DNA from: Obrimoposthia wandeli
Lineage: Eukaryota
NCBI GenBank assembly: GCA_977020255.1
Contig: CDROCS010000907.1
Location: 62,001-126,000 of the forward strand
Reading direction: 5' to 3'
Length of the DNA: 64,000 bases
Both the position numbers and the translations under genes were made by a program. Positions 15,601 through 30,600 of this stretch are shown here, one piece after another. Position 1 is the stretch's first letter, and every line of letters starts with the position of its first letter. A model generated the notes under the pieces. It did not search any database. It saw only the letters and a list, made by a program, of their open reading frames with translations, and had not been told where the DNA came from.

Positions 15601-18600
15601 GTATATAAATAAAAAATATGTTCTTATATTGTTGTCATGGCAAAAAAGTTATGATTAGAATATCATAAGAATATTATATTCAACTTTATTAAATAAATAT
15701 ATTTTCTTTAATTAAACATTCTTGAATTTCGAATGTGTCTGTATTAAAGAGGGTTCCCTAAGATTAAATCTTTCTTAAAGGGAGGCGTAGTAACATAAAG
15801 TTAGGAACACTACATATGGGATTTCTTTAATGATTGGTATACCAAATAAAGCACCATGGAAGAACTGGGGAATATAAAGTTTCTGCTGAAGTAGTCAACA
15901 TAAAACCAAGATATATAAAGTGAAAGTAAAAGAAGAACCTGGTAACATGTCTCCTAGGGTGGGTGCATCAAATTAACATGTAAAAAAATTACTTTTCTTT
16001 TTTTGAGTTGTCTATGTTTCAGTTTTGTTCCATCATGGCCAAGAATCACACTGATAACATATTTTGAAAATTGAAGTTGATTTAGAGGTCCTCCCAAGCC
16101 CTTGTAAATTTCAATATGGTTGTCGGCCAGATTCAGCCCAACAAAGGCCATTAATGTGTTCATTTCTGCTCAGTTTACATAATAAATAAAGATAAAAAGT
16201 CAATAATTGTCTCCAAAAACATTTTTCATATTTTTATGTGAATTGTGACGATTGAAATTTGAGGATCACTCTGGCTTGATTTGTCAGACGACGTTGCTGA
16301 AGAGTCTGCGGCGGATCCTTATGAACAGCAGTCGCTCAGTGCTGGGCTCTGTAGACATGGCGTCGTCGAGCTCAGTTGGTAGCGGGTCCAGTTCCGTAGT
16401 CGGGGCTGGCGCTGGCTCAGATTCAGGCTCTCTCCAGCTGGCTTCTGCTGTCCTAGCTCCCATCGCCCCGGCAAACCTTTCTCCTGATCAACTGGAAGCC
16501 AGAAACAAGATCCTGGCTCTCCGTACTCTGGTGGAGTTTGACTTTGACAGTGAGTATCTCAAATGAGAATTTTTCAAAAGATAGTTTTTGTCTAGTATTT
16601 CTGAAAATCTGTAAGGCCTATATTTTAACCTAAAGTAAAAAACTCAAAAGTTTTCCTTTCGAGAACCAACGAACTTCGATGTGGTAAAGCAAGCCATTGT
16701 AGTCAGAATCCATAGCATCACAAAGTTAGGTTGCAGATCAAGCAGGATGGTAGAACAATACGTGGAACCAATGTAAAGACAACTTTGTATATATTTGAAG
16801 AAGGTAGAGCAGCATCAGTTTGTATTTCAAAGCAAACATTTACAATTTTTTGTCCTTTGTCAATCATTTTCTATCAATTCAGTATAATATTCAGAATTCG
16901 ATTTCACTTCTTTATCAGTAAAGTCAAACTTTAATATTGCTTGCCAATCCTAAGAAACTGAGTTCATCATTGATATTTTGTGGCTTGTACTGCGTTATAG
17001 TTTCCATGCAGACTTTTGTGATGTAAACTTACAATCACAGCTTTGTCAGCTTTGCCTCGGGGATTTAAAGAGATAATAATGTCTCGTCTGGAGTCACGAT
17101 GTTCGATAAACAATGTTTCTTTTCTGTTTGAATTTTTTCATTACTTCAGTTTAATTGTGTCTCTATAATTTCTGCCGTCAAAAAGGTTGGGACAAATCTT
17201 AAATAATGTTCGAACATTTTTATGCTTACGTTGAGTACTTATTGAATTACATTAAAAATTGAAGACTACATTAGCGAAAAATGTAAAACGCTTTCTTGAT
17301 ACTTTGACGATAATTTAAGTCCGGTAATTCAAAGATGTAAACCGAAGAGAGAAGACCGTGTTTTCCAGGTGCATACAAGCTTTACAGTAAGAAAGTGTAA
17401 TAATAATGAAAAATTCAAGACACCAAGACAATGCTATTTAGAAAATACAACAGTTATCTACTTAAAATTGATGATTTGTATAGAAGTATTTAATGACAAT
17501 TCTTACAAGTATTAAGGAATTTATGTTATTTTAGATCTTTGTTCTGGTCAAAGAATTATGAAAATGTCACGAAAGGATTTTTTATAATTTGATTTATAAA
17601 ATAATTCGTTTATAATTAAAAAAAAACGTTTGCTAAGTATGCTAAATGTTAAAAGAAGAAGTGAATTAATGTCAGCATGGATCTGTTTTTTTGCAGAGCA
17701 CAACTTGTCCCTGTTTGTACGCTTCATTTCCTCTAAACTTATCTCGTTCCTGCACTGTCCCTACAAGGAGCTACGAATCGAAGCCGTTCGAACATGCGCT
17801 CAACTTCTGACACCCCTGCTTGGAGTAAGCTTTGAAATTCCGATTTATTTAAAAAAATATATTTATTCAACATATACACTACTTATATTTATAAGTAACT
17901 GCCGATAACTATAATTAAAATAATAATCATTCAAAATCCTCATAGCAAACATTTAACCCATTAACCGCCGAGCCTAGAAATAATGACAGAAATAAAACGA
18001 CTTTTGTTGTAATTTATTTAGACCAAACTGGAAATATTTGCCAAATATGATAACTGAATATTTTCTCGTTTGGTTGATAATAGGTGTTGCGTTTTCGCAA
18101 CATTGGCGTAAAGTGTGAACAAATTTTACAAAAATAAGAAAATTACCAATTAAGTTCTCAAGTGGAAATAAATAGTTTTGAACATTGTATTAGCTGTATT
18201 TATGTAAAACAAAACATACAAGACTTAATGCATGAATATTTACATAGTTTATTTATATACAAGTAACTACCTAAAGGCATAAAATGTCAACAAGGAAACA
18301 CAAAGTGCAAACTTTATAGATAATTGAAATGTAATGGATATCAACATATGTATTTATGATAGAGTTATTGAGAAATGAAGTAGGTATATAATTAAATACA
18401 CGTCAATGTTTACAATACACGACTGTGGTATCTGTCAAAGCATTTTGTATGCAATCCAAATTTACACCCTTTGCATTTAAAAATTGTCTGAAAATGGCAT
18501 TGTCTACATCTAAGTCGCTTAATATTTTTAACAACAGAATGTTCAGTCATTGGTGAGCGGAGAATCTGTTTTTGTATAGCATAAGTAGGGCCTGGTTGAT

Positions 18601-21600
18601 GAGTTCGTCTTTCTGGAGTATTATCGACAAGTGGTTGAAATGTAAGCAAATCCAGACCTTCATTGTCAGAAACCAACCGACTCAAACGCCATGCATTGGC
18701 CAAGGAAGATTATATCAAATTCACAAATAGTGGCCACCTCCACTGCTTACCTTTTACTGAGATACGGTATCTTGAAACAAATGAATCATGTAAATCCACT
18801 TCGCCCATATACTTATTATAACTTTTGATCATTGTTGGTTGATCGACATTGATTAACTTCTTCTCGGATTGACTGAAGCGCTTGACGGAACAAAGTGGCA
18901 TAATGTGTTCAAAACTACTTGCCAAACACACATTCGCATTATCTTTCCATTCCACTGCAGTTATTTGAGCACTATTGTCATGGGCCCAATCAAATGTTCG
19001 TCGAGCTTTTTTGTTCCGAGTTTTACAGTCCATAAGGGGGCATTGTACAGGTCGGTTTTGGCGAACAGTTCCTGTAGCAAACATGCCATCATAACGTAAC
19101 TGTTCTAATAGTTTGTAGGACGTTGTATCTAATGCTATCACTTTCCACCAAAGTTTCGAAAACGCAACACCATCATTTAATAACTTTTAATCCATGGCTA
19201 AAAATTGACCATTTTTTAAAAATATACCATAGTATAATGCGTATGAATTTTATTCTAATTCTTCGAAAAATAATATTTATAATGTTTAATAAACATTACA
19301 TTATATAGAAGAATAAACATTTTGGACCAGTAAATCGGGTCTGTGGTTTGGGAAAGCAGTTAAATATTAAAAAATCAGTAAAATAAATAATCAATGTATT
19401 TGAATTTCTGATGTAGTTATAGACACGTACAGATTAAAAAATCAACAAATAAGCAGCAAACAGTTATTTATGTAGTGTTGCGAAAACACAACATTGGTGG
19501 TAAATGGGTTAATAGAATAAAAATCTTAATGTAATATGTCGATTTAGTATTTTATGTATATGGACAGTTGATTTTTTTTTCTATTAAAAAATTATTCACG
19601 AGTTATATTAACTATAATCACTAAAAAGTATCTAATTGTTCCATATTGAAATTCTTTTTTGTAATATTTTATTTTGGAAATAGCGTAACAAGTTTCGTCT
19701 ATTCCAAATAGTCCAATTTAATTCTATATCTGATTATATGAAAATAAACTCTAAAAATTCTGGTTAGGCCATGTTTTCAAAAACGTAAATCAAATTATAA
19801 AAAAATGCAACATTGTGAGAAAACGTAACCCCAAAATATCTTGCAATATATCTTTGAAAGATCATTTTAGTTAAGATGGCACTACACAATCCATTCTTCA
19901 TATCATAAAATATTCTTTGATATGATCAAATCTCTAGTAAACAGAAAATAAGAAAATAAGGTTGTGGATTAAAGCTATAATTGAAATAACCAAATTGACA
20001 TGTTAAGGTGGGGCAGAAGAGTGACAAATAAATTTCATGTTTCACTGACTTTTATAAAAATTTGGGATCACGTCTGAGTTACCCCCTATAAACAGTACAA
20101 GTCTGAGTTACCCCCAATAAAAATAACAAGGCTGAGTTACCCCCCAAAATTGTTAGTTTTGCTTTATTCAACAAAAAAATGTCATAAAAAAACTAAAATT
20201 CTAAAAATTTACTTTTATTCAATTAAAAAAAGATTAAAAAACTCTTCCACATTACCTCGGACGAAATAAACGTACCAGAGGAACTCATTAAGAAATTCAT
20301 TCCTTTTAATTCCCAAAACACCTTTTTTTCCTTAATAGTTAGTTTTAATTTATTGTTAAAACTCTCAACTCCCTGAGTATTAACTCCACTTTCCGGTTTC
20401 CCAAAATGGTATTTGTGACACACGGTTCGGTGTTCAAACCCAGTAATACTTCCCAGGGTTTTATAACTAGCAAATTCATCAGTATGGATGATACTTCCAT
20501 GTCTTACAACTTTGGAAATAATGGGAATGATTGTGGTTTTGGTTCTGTTCGGTAACAAACATCAAAAACATTTGGCTGGGGTCGTAGATGTATCAACAAT
20601 ACATAACACCCATGTTTGACTTCTTGGAGCTCTTCCTCGATGGGCTTTAACTGTATGGTTAACCATCACTTCATCAATCGGCACAATACAGCCTGGCCCA
20701 CCGAGCATGATTGGATTTTTCATGAAATGTGTATCAATTTATTTATTGAAACGTTTTTTTAATTTTCAGATTTGAATGTCTTGCCATTCCAACATAGTTT
20801 TCAATCTCAATCAATATATGTTTGTTACAAAGGTGTCCTAAAACTACTAAAATGTTCTTCAAAGGTTTTTGAACATTAAAAAAACCGAATTGGTTTTTAT
20901 ACTCTTGGTTGTTTGAAATTTAATACATCTAGGGTTAAGACACCTCCAATTGTATCCATCACAATTATCTTTGGCGGGTTTCAATATCATAATAACTTCA
21001 CAATACTTACAGGACATATCTACCTTTATTAATCCTAGTGTCATTGCAAACTGAACGATTTCCTCGTTTTGCGACCTTTCTACCTTGGATAAAAATCCAT
21101 GTAATAACATTTGGGTGGATTTAAAAAAAAATTTTAATCAATTAATTTATTAATCAATTACTAACTAACTCAAATCCTCCTGTATCCTTCGGATAGGACC
21201 TACGGTCCCTAACTAACTAACTAAATAGTCATATTTTTATAAATAAGTGTATTTTTTATGTTGTTTAGTTTTATTTTTTTTATTTGCAAAAAAATACAAG
21301 TCTGAGTTACCCCCCAAGTGGGGGGTAACTCAGACTTTGTCCAAAATTTGTTCATGTCAATCTTAGGATATGAAAGAATAGGTTCTAAAGACATGATTTG
21401 ATTATGTATGGAGCTGATGATTCACTGATTTCATCAAAGGCTTACAACGAAGCTTACTTTTAAAGAGGAGATTATAGCTCACATTGGGTCATTCTACCAT
21501 ATGTTCTTTCCATCCACCTCATCAAAATACTTGCCTGTTCTATCTTTTATAAAGTTGTTTAGCTATTTTATTGAACGCACCCCGACAGCTTTGGCATTTC

Positions 21601-24600
21601 ATACGAATCATACGTAATTTGCCTCTCTTGAATTTTCGTTATAATTCTCCAAAATGCCGTCATGTTTGGTCCCACTGCAGTCTGAAGACACCATGGCTGT
21701 ATCCGACAGAAATACCCTGAACGCGGTGGCAGATGTTCTCGAAAAGCTCTTGATTGTCAGTACTAGCGACCCAGGTAAGTCACGTTTGTGTAGGATTATA
21801 TTTTTTTACAATGAAGTCAGTTGATTAGTTTTTTAATGCAATATCCGCTTTATAATAATAACATTATTTTCCCATTAGTACTGTATCTTTGTCGAAACCA
21901 ATCTAACTTTCATTACCAGTGTCTTCGGAGTTGCAAGCTCGAATTCTTTTACAAACTGGGTTTACAAAAAAAACTGGTTTCAAAACTTCTTACAAAAACT
22001 GAATACACTTGTCTTACCAAAAACCTGGCTTCACAATCTGACTACAAAACTCGCTACAAACTTATAATTATCATAACATTAAAACCAAAATGGCCAAAGT
22101 GCAACATTCGAAGCTCAAACCGGACTAATTAGCCAATCCTCCAATTATACCGCCTGTCACAAAATGACTGCAAGAATGCTGAGTCACATTATGAAATGTA
22201 TTATGAATCATTTTTTTAACAGAATCACCACACAAAAAACTTTATTCAGATAATTTACAAAAGAAATAAACGAAATCATAATTTTAAAAGGTGTAACTTG
22301 ACAAGATTTAAAAAGCTAAACGTGTGTAAGCAGCTGCCTATCCTTCACTGGAAGCCAGGGAACTGAAATGGGTGATTGATATACCTCAACGAGGTAGTGT
22401 CAGCATAGTAGAGGTGCGATAGAAAACATCTCTCTTTTCTAGGACGATACAAAATATGGGTTTATTCAAAGCATTACGAGAACATTTTTAAAATTTTACA
22501 AAATTTTATCTATCCGTCGTTCCAGAATCAGATGAATAGATTAGCAATGCTTATCAAATGCCGCTTACGTTTGACAATCCTTATGTGAAGAAAGCCAAGT
22601 TTGTTTCAGTCGCAACAACGGGACTTAAAAAGTCAAGATTCACAATAAAGCTCAGCTGTACTAAACTGACAGTAAACTAAAACCACCAGTAATCTGTGAA
22701 CGGAAGAATTTACCCAAAGGAGTCATCTTTCCAGCTAAGATTCATGTTCTTGATATACCAAAGGAATGGAGATTTGAATATTGACTGGATAAGTACAGTG
22801 TGGATCAAGCGACCAATTTCTATTCTCAATAAGCACATGTTCTTGATACCTTCTATTGTCGTCGAATGGATTCTATGAAGAAGAAAGCTATCACTGAAAA
22901 GACGTACGTTACCTTAATTTCTTGTGGAATGTTGTCATTAGTAGCCATTAGATGTCATTGTAAATAAGCCAGTGAAGGATCACTAGCGACAGCTGGGGAA
23001 TACATTGCTACTGAATGTTAGCATACATCTTCATGCTGGAAATGCGACTCAATGAATTCTCAATCCTGTCATTATCGCGAAAGGTTTCCTAAAGTGCTCA
23101 ATATCAAATGCAATGGATAGAAAACAAAATTACGGACTCTGGTTTGATGATGCTGATGACGTATATGCTGCATATAACATTTATGATGATCTTGCATATT
23201 TGAATTGTAATATGGTACCAATATCAAAGACTTTCTCTCTTACGCACCTTCATTTTTGCATCATTTTTTAGGGAAAAAGTGTGTATTATACACGAAGTTT
23301 TACGGTATCTATATTATTGTTTTAGAATTTCTCAAATTAGGATTATTGACATAATAAATTAAAAAATTTCCAAATTACAAATTGGATAAAACGGGTTAAA
23401 ATACCTTCAGGAAACGATATTTTGCCATATTTCCAATGAAACATTGGAATCAACTAGATAAGTCATAAAGCTTTAATAACCTATTGGTTAGCATTATCTT
23501 TGTCAATATTTATACCCAGATAAAGACATGGTTGAGGAGAGAAGAGGTTCTGGAACAAAGTGTTGTTCTCATAGTGCTAAATTGAGAAATATATTGAACA
23601 GTTTTAATCGTTTTTATAGATAGTGAAATAGTTGAGTTAGGGTATTTATAATTTTAGCTGTTCATTAAAGTAATATTTACTGCCAATGTGAAAAAATCTT
23701 GTCCTAAATCTCCCCACAGAACCAGAAGTTCGTCTCTGTGTATTCCAATCATTTGACGAACGATTCGACGCCTACTTGGCTCAGGAATGTCACCTCAGTC
23801 CACTATTCATCGCTCTTCACGATGAATCTTTTGAGATTCGCAAACTCGTTATCCAGTGTCTCGGTAGACTATCTTCTATCAATCCCAGTTGCGTTAAGCC
23901 TAGCCTTCGTCAGATTCTGCTGCAGGTTTGTAATTAATTTAATTATTAATTTCTGATTATCTACTTATAGTTGTCAGAAACATATATTTTTCTACTCAGA
24001 TACTAAATGAGCTGAAGAATAGCGGCTCCACGCGCGGCAAAGAGCAAGCAGCGCATCTTCTTGCCAAGCTAATTGAGACGGCTCCTGGCTTCATCCAGCC
24101 ACACTCGGAACAGCTCTTGCTGGTTCTGCTACCCACGATCCAGAGTATCATCGATGCTGCGGTATTGACTTCTAGCGTCAGTGTGGTAGACAGCAGTGTG
24201 AGCAGTCAAAGCGGGTGTTCGATTGGGGCTAGGACCAACGATCAGGTCAACCAGATTCTGGTGACCAGGGGATCGTCTAGTAGTGTGGGTGAGTCTGCCA
24301 GCAGAAGTGATGAAGTGATCAAGAGTACCACTGATTGGTGCACAGGTAGCGGAAGGGCCAAGATCGAGCCGAGTGCCGTGCAGCTCGCGGTGATGGAGGC
24401 CATCAAGAACTTGGCGGTGGTGTGTGGAGCTCAGCTACGACAGCATCTCGACCAGCTGGTGCCGGCGCTCATCTACATGATGCAGGACAGCAGCACCACG
24501 TTGCACCGGCGCCAGGTCGCTGTCAGCACTTTGTGTGGCCTTGTCAGCCACACCGGCTACGTCGTGGAGCCATACCGCCGTCACCCGGAGCTGCTGCATA

Positions 24601-27600
24601 TTCTCCTGATGATGATGCGCACCGAGGAGGTCGACTCTATCCGTAGAGAGGTACGCAGATGTGCCTCGATATGACACAATCTTAATATGTCATAACCTTG
24701 ATATGATACTGTCTCGATATGACACAACCTCAGTATTACCTGACTTTGACATTACACAACCTTGGCATGACACAACCCGACATTACATAACCTCGATATG
24801 ATATAACCTCAATATAGCACAATCAATATGACCGAATCTAAAATTTCATCTTTGGAATGTTTTTGACGATATAAAATTGGCAATTTAAATCGGCCAATAC
24901 ATTAATTGTGTAGTATAGATTTGTTTACTGATTACATGATGCTTCTACCCTCTTCAGGTCATTAAATTGCTGGGGACTATTGGTGCTCTGGATCCTTTCA
25001 AGTTGAAGGTATTCGGCTCTGCGGTAGATTCTGCTGAAGATACAGGACTAGTAGTGAGTGTACACGAAATTGTGGATAAGAAAGAAGGTGAGTTTGCGAT
25101 GGGCTACATTGCTACATTGGTGGTGAAAATTGAGACATACTTTTGAAAAGCCTTTTAAAAAAGTAGACTTACAAAACTGTTAGTTAGCTATTTTTTGAAA
25201 ATCAAAATCTCAATTAAATATTGGTCATTATATTTGTAGGAGCTAACTAAATTTATATTTGTAATTTTGACGGATGTGAAAAATCTGTTAATGTCCATAC
25301 GTGACTCTGCGCAGTGGACATGACCCAGACGGAGTTGCTGGTCAATGTGACCTGGTCGAGTATGGACGACTTCTACATCGCCTGCACCCTGCAGTCTTTG
25401 ATTCAGCTGTTGCGTGATCCTGCCTATCGGGCCTACTTCGACAAGATCTGCTACTCGATCATGCTCATCTTCAAGTCGCTAGGAGCCAAGTCCGTACAAT
25501 ATCTGCGTCAGATCCTACCCGAGTACTTCCGCTGCATCACCAATGCGCTCGACAGTCGCGTAAGACCGATAAGTTTTGAATAATTTCAAATAATTTCAAA
25601 ATTAGAAATACACCATTTAAGAATTAAAAATATATTGTAAACATGTTTTGAGTAGAAATCCCATTATCAGTATTGGTGTAAAATTAGAATATCCATCATT
25701 AAATATGCTGACAGCAGCATTTCACAACATTCACACAATATTGAGATTATACAATCACGTTAAAATATTTTCAACAGTTTTAAGCAAGCGTTTTGTATGT
25801 TTAATGACGACAATTTTCTTTAATATACAAAGACTCAAACGCTGTTCTTTCAGAATAATTCCTAAAATACTGATGAATAGAAAAACTCTTTCTCCTATTT
25901 TCACAAATGTTCAAAGACAGCCAATTTGAACTGTCGACAACTTATGGAATGTGGATAGATCATACAATGTTTATGTAGGATTTCACAAGAAAATGTATTA
26001 TTTCCTAATGAATTAAACATATGTATAACGGAATGTATATGTTTTTCAATATATTCAATTTTCTTTGTATCCGTTCTTAAGCAATCGTTTTTTAGTTTAA
26101 TCAAGTTTGTTTCAGCATTTATAAATTTTGAGGAAAACAACCAAATTTATGGACATGGTATTTTATTAAACTCATTGTTATTATACGATTTGTCATTGAA
26201 GCTGTACGGAGTTAAATAGTAGGAAATTTTGAAAAGTATAGTGCATGCTAATCGTCGGTAAGCACCTAACAATGATGCTCTGATTCGTCATTACCAGTCC
26301 CCATAATACAAATTCCATTTATTAACTAAAAATATAGCCAAACTCAAACTTAAAAGCTTCTTAAAATTTAGATTAATAACACACATGTAGTTAATTTTAT
26401 ATTTTGTGTTCTGTTGGATATTGATGGTGGAATAGTGTTTCCCATTCAAGTCATTTTTAGTTTAACAAGACAACATAACATATTTATGCAGGACCCTACA
26501 TCGGATCCAACATTGTTTTACGCAATCTCCGAGACTGACACTTGATGACATGCAATTTATTGTAGCTTGGACTAGATGTCACAGGAATTTTTCATAATAC
26601 TTCGATAACATTCTTTTAACAATATTTTTAAAAATTGACACTTTAAACTTTAAATATTGTGTTTTAATAGTATTTCTTTGATGAATATTGTTGTTTATTT
26701 TTGACTGATGAAACTACGATTTACCACCAGCAACAAGAGGTCCTGCTGAGCCATCTGTGCCAGATAACCGATGTGGTTCGTCTCCACTTGAAGCAATTCA
26801 TGCCGGATCTGGTGAGCATTATGCGCGACCTGTGGCACCGCTCTTCAGCTCTGTCGAGCATTTGCATTTCCGTGTTGCGACATTTGAATGCGGCCCTCGG
26901 TGCCGAGATCAAGCCTTTCTTGTGTCCTCTCATCGCAGACTTCCAGTACACCCTCACAGAGGACGCTGAGCAAACCGTCATCAAGGTGGGTACACACTTG
27001 TGCATTTCCGAAGAAATAACTGTACAGGGTAACTAGAAAGTCACGAAAGAAACTAAATCACTATTTTACAAACACTAGACACAAAATTATGATATTCTGG
27101 AAGACAAATGGATATTTAGGTTTCCCTGCCTCGAGCCTTCTACATACACTTTGAGTGCCTTTCCTTAATTCTTCTATGTATGTTTGGGACATTTCCTTAC
27201 TATTACATTGTGACTTTTTTTAGGGGGAAGCGATGATATGGCAGTCAAAGATGGAGTACGTGAATCCCATAAAACACAATTACTTGCATAAACACAACCA
27301 TCCAGCAATAGGTGTGATTCGTCTTTCTTAGTAGGAAAGTGAAAATCAATATCTCTCAAGAAAACTGTAATTACTCAAAAGAACAAAGCTGGATTCAATA
27401 TTTCAGTCTTTTAAATCCATTCATGCGACAACTTACTTTTATATTAAATTCATATAAGTTAGTAAAAGCAAAACGAAGTCACACATTGACGGAAAAAGTA
27501 ATAATCCCATTTACGGATATATTGTATAAACTTTAATTGGCAAATTCCTATTCAGCTATTAGGTTTTTTGTAACTATAATGCTTAAAAATGTACAACCCT

Positions 27601-30600
27601 AAAAGAAGAACTTTTATTCTGTGAACATGTGAAGAACAAACGAAAACATATTCATTATTTCTACCTGGGAACGAGTAGAAATATTTCTTCTGTAACAACA
27701 AATGGAGATTTAACACTGTTAGGATCAAATTCAAATGTCCAGGCCTACGCGAAAGGACATAATGAAGATCGTATTTCCATCTAATGCCCGATGCACATAA
27801 TTGCAATTGCTGTTCACACACTTCCTGGGGAGCTAAAAGCGGTGTCAGATGTTGTCATTTACATGGGGATATGATCGAAAGAACGGCTTTGAATACGAGA
27901 TTGAAATAGGAAAACTTAGATTCTACCTTAACAAGGTTAGCAAGAAATCTTCAGGTAAGGAAATAGCTATTACAATTTTTACTACAGTCAAGGAAGATGA
28001 CAGCAGTATAGAAGGTAATTTGTCGAATGAAAGTTAGATAGTGGGAAGAGACATTATTGAATAGATTGCTACAAAATAAAAATTCGTCAATCGTTGAACA
28101 CTATGTCAGGTTATCTGTAATCTCGATAAGATCGGATTTATGGGAAAAGAGTCAATCTAGGTGTGTTTGGTATGTTTGAGATCTTAAGTTTAATGGCAGA
28201 TAATGAAGATCAACATGAATTCTTAAAATTTTTTCAATCTCATTTAGAAAGATAAAGCCCACATTGGATTTGTAATATCAAGAACTGGACAAACTGAACG
28301 TTAAATTTACAATGCTCAAAAATCCATTGTTTTTTTTTAATCTGGTGATAAAATAGTTTAGGAACTTGTGCTTTAAACAATACTAATGAACAAATGAACC
28401 TGTCTTACCAGATGTTGGAGCTGATACCGGAGTTTGGCTACTCGATCGAGGAGAACTGCCACATCCTACTGCCGGCAGTGGTGCGCCTCATCTCGCGTGA
28501 GGATGGTGGAGCTCATCTGAAGGTGCGGCGAGCGGCTCTGGACTGTCTGACCCGACTTGCCGACAAGCTGGACCTGAGCGGGATGGCTGGTCGCATTGTC
28601 CAAGCCGTCTGTCGTCTGCTGCAGCGACACGACTGCTCCGGCAACAGCGGCGCGGCTCAGGCTGCTGTGGCAGCTGGCACTGGCTTGTCCAGTCCGCTGT
28701 TTGGTGGGAGCGTGGTGCACTTGCTTACCATCGACCAGCTAGGTGAGCTGGTAGTGCCTGCATTTGATCTGCTCACAACGCTGCTCGTGCGCATGCGCCA
28801 GCGCTTCATGGTGCTCACCCAGCTCACCCAGCGAACCATGGACTCCGTGCGTGTGCACTTCCCGCCAGGTTCTGTGCAAGCGCAGACTATCGTGCGCTTT
28901 ATTACCGTCACCAACAAGGTAACTGCACAATCAATGTTTGCCCTAAATACCGTATGTGCTATATTAGAACCTCATTCTCCCATACCAGTTTATGTCTCTG
29001 ATTCAATCGACATTCAGGTACTGAAGGCGCACTTCGTGTCGTTCCACGAGGATGACTTGTTGCGCGACTACGAGAGCATGGCAAGTCAGAGCCGTCGTAA
29101 GCGGGAGAACTCCTCCAACAGCGGCCCCGAAATGACGACAGCCCTAACAGCTGTATCAACAGCATCAGCAGTGGGATCAGCTGTGTCACCAGGCAGCATC
29201 CATTTGTCTCAGTTCTGGGGTGATAACTGCGCGAGTCGGCTCATCAGTAGCGAGGACTGGCAGCAATGGCTGCGTAATCTCTGCCACGCCCTGGTGCGAC
29301 AGTCACCGTGTGGGCCCCTGCGGCTGGCCTGCACCAACATCGGTGGCGCTTGCTCAGCCAGCCTCAGTCACCAGCTCTTCAATGTTGCCTTCGTGTCGTG
29401 TTGGCCGCAGCTCTCCGAACATCAGCAGGATAACCTTGTGCTAATCCTCGAGACCGTCATCGGCGACTCCTCTCCCAGTACCGAGGTCAGCCAGGCTGTT
29501 CTCAACCTCGAGGAGTTTATGTCACGCTGCGACAGAGTGAGTTTCTGTGAATTGAGTTACAGTATCAAAATAATGAATTTATTAATTCTGATCGTTTATG
29601 ATATCAAGTCAATAATAATTTTAAGATAGTTGTTAATGAGGATTGTCCTTATGACCTCTACGCAGATGAAATTACCAATATCCACGGCGGCGCTGGCGGC
29701 ACGAGCTCTCAAGAACCGAGTGTACGCCAAGGCCCTCTATTACAAGGAGCAGGAGTTCCTTGAGGAGACGGCCAAAAAGGGTGTGGCTCCACAGAATCTG
29801 CTGTTTGAGTTGCTCACCATCAACCAGAAGCTTCAGCTGGAGGAGGCAGCTAGTGGCACGGTCCTGTTCGCCACTCGTGTTCACAAAGACAAGCTGGTGA
29901 GTCGTTGATGATATACGTACCCACAATAATTCGAAATTCATTCATAAAACAATTTGTATTGATTGATAGCTGCTAGGAGTATTAAAATGAACTGTAATTT
30001 AGGTAATGGACAGCAATGAATGAAAGGCTTCATAACTGTGCAGGCATATGAGGAGCGTTGGCACGAGCGCATGCATGACTGGATGCGCGCACTGAATCTA
30101 TACGAGCGCAAGCTGGAGGATTTGGAAAACCGACGGCAGCCCAATACGGACTTGGTGCTGGGCCGCATGCGTTGTCTGCAGGCTCTTGGAGACTGGAGCA
30201 CCCTAAAGTCCATTGGGAGTGAGCCCCAACACCAGATGCAGCACGTCACTGAGCTGGAGCGCATGAAAATGGCACCCATCCTTGTAAATTCTGCCTGGGC
30301 GTTGGGTGATTTTGCGGGCATGTCGCGTCTCGTGGAGACCATCCCCGCCACTGGCTCTTTCGATGGAGCCTTCCTGCGGGCTGTCGTTGCGGTACACTAC
30401 GAGAACTTCCACGAGGCCACTGAGTGCATCCAGAGGGCCCGAGCAGAGCTCGACTCGTGTCTGACCGCCATGGCCGGTGAGAGCTACATCCGGGCCTACA
30501 ATGTGAGTTCAGGCAATGACAGATCACTGGAACTCATTCTCATAGACACTTTCATTTTTACTCTCATTTTAAGTTAATCTCTCTCTATCACACATTACTT

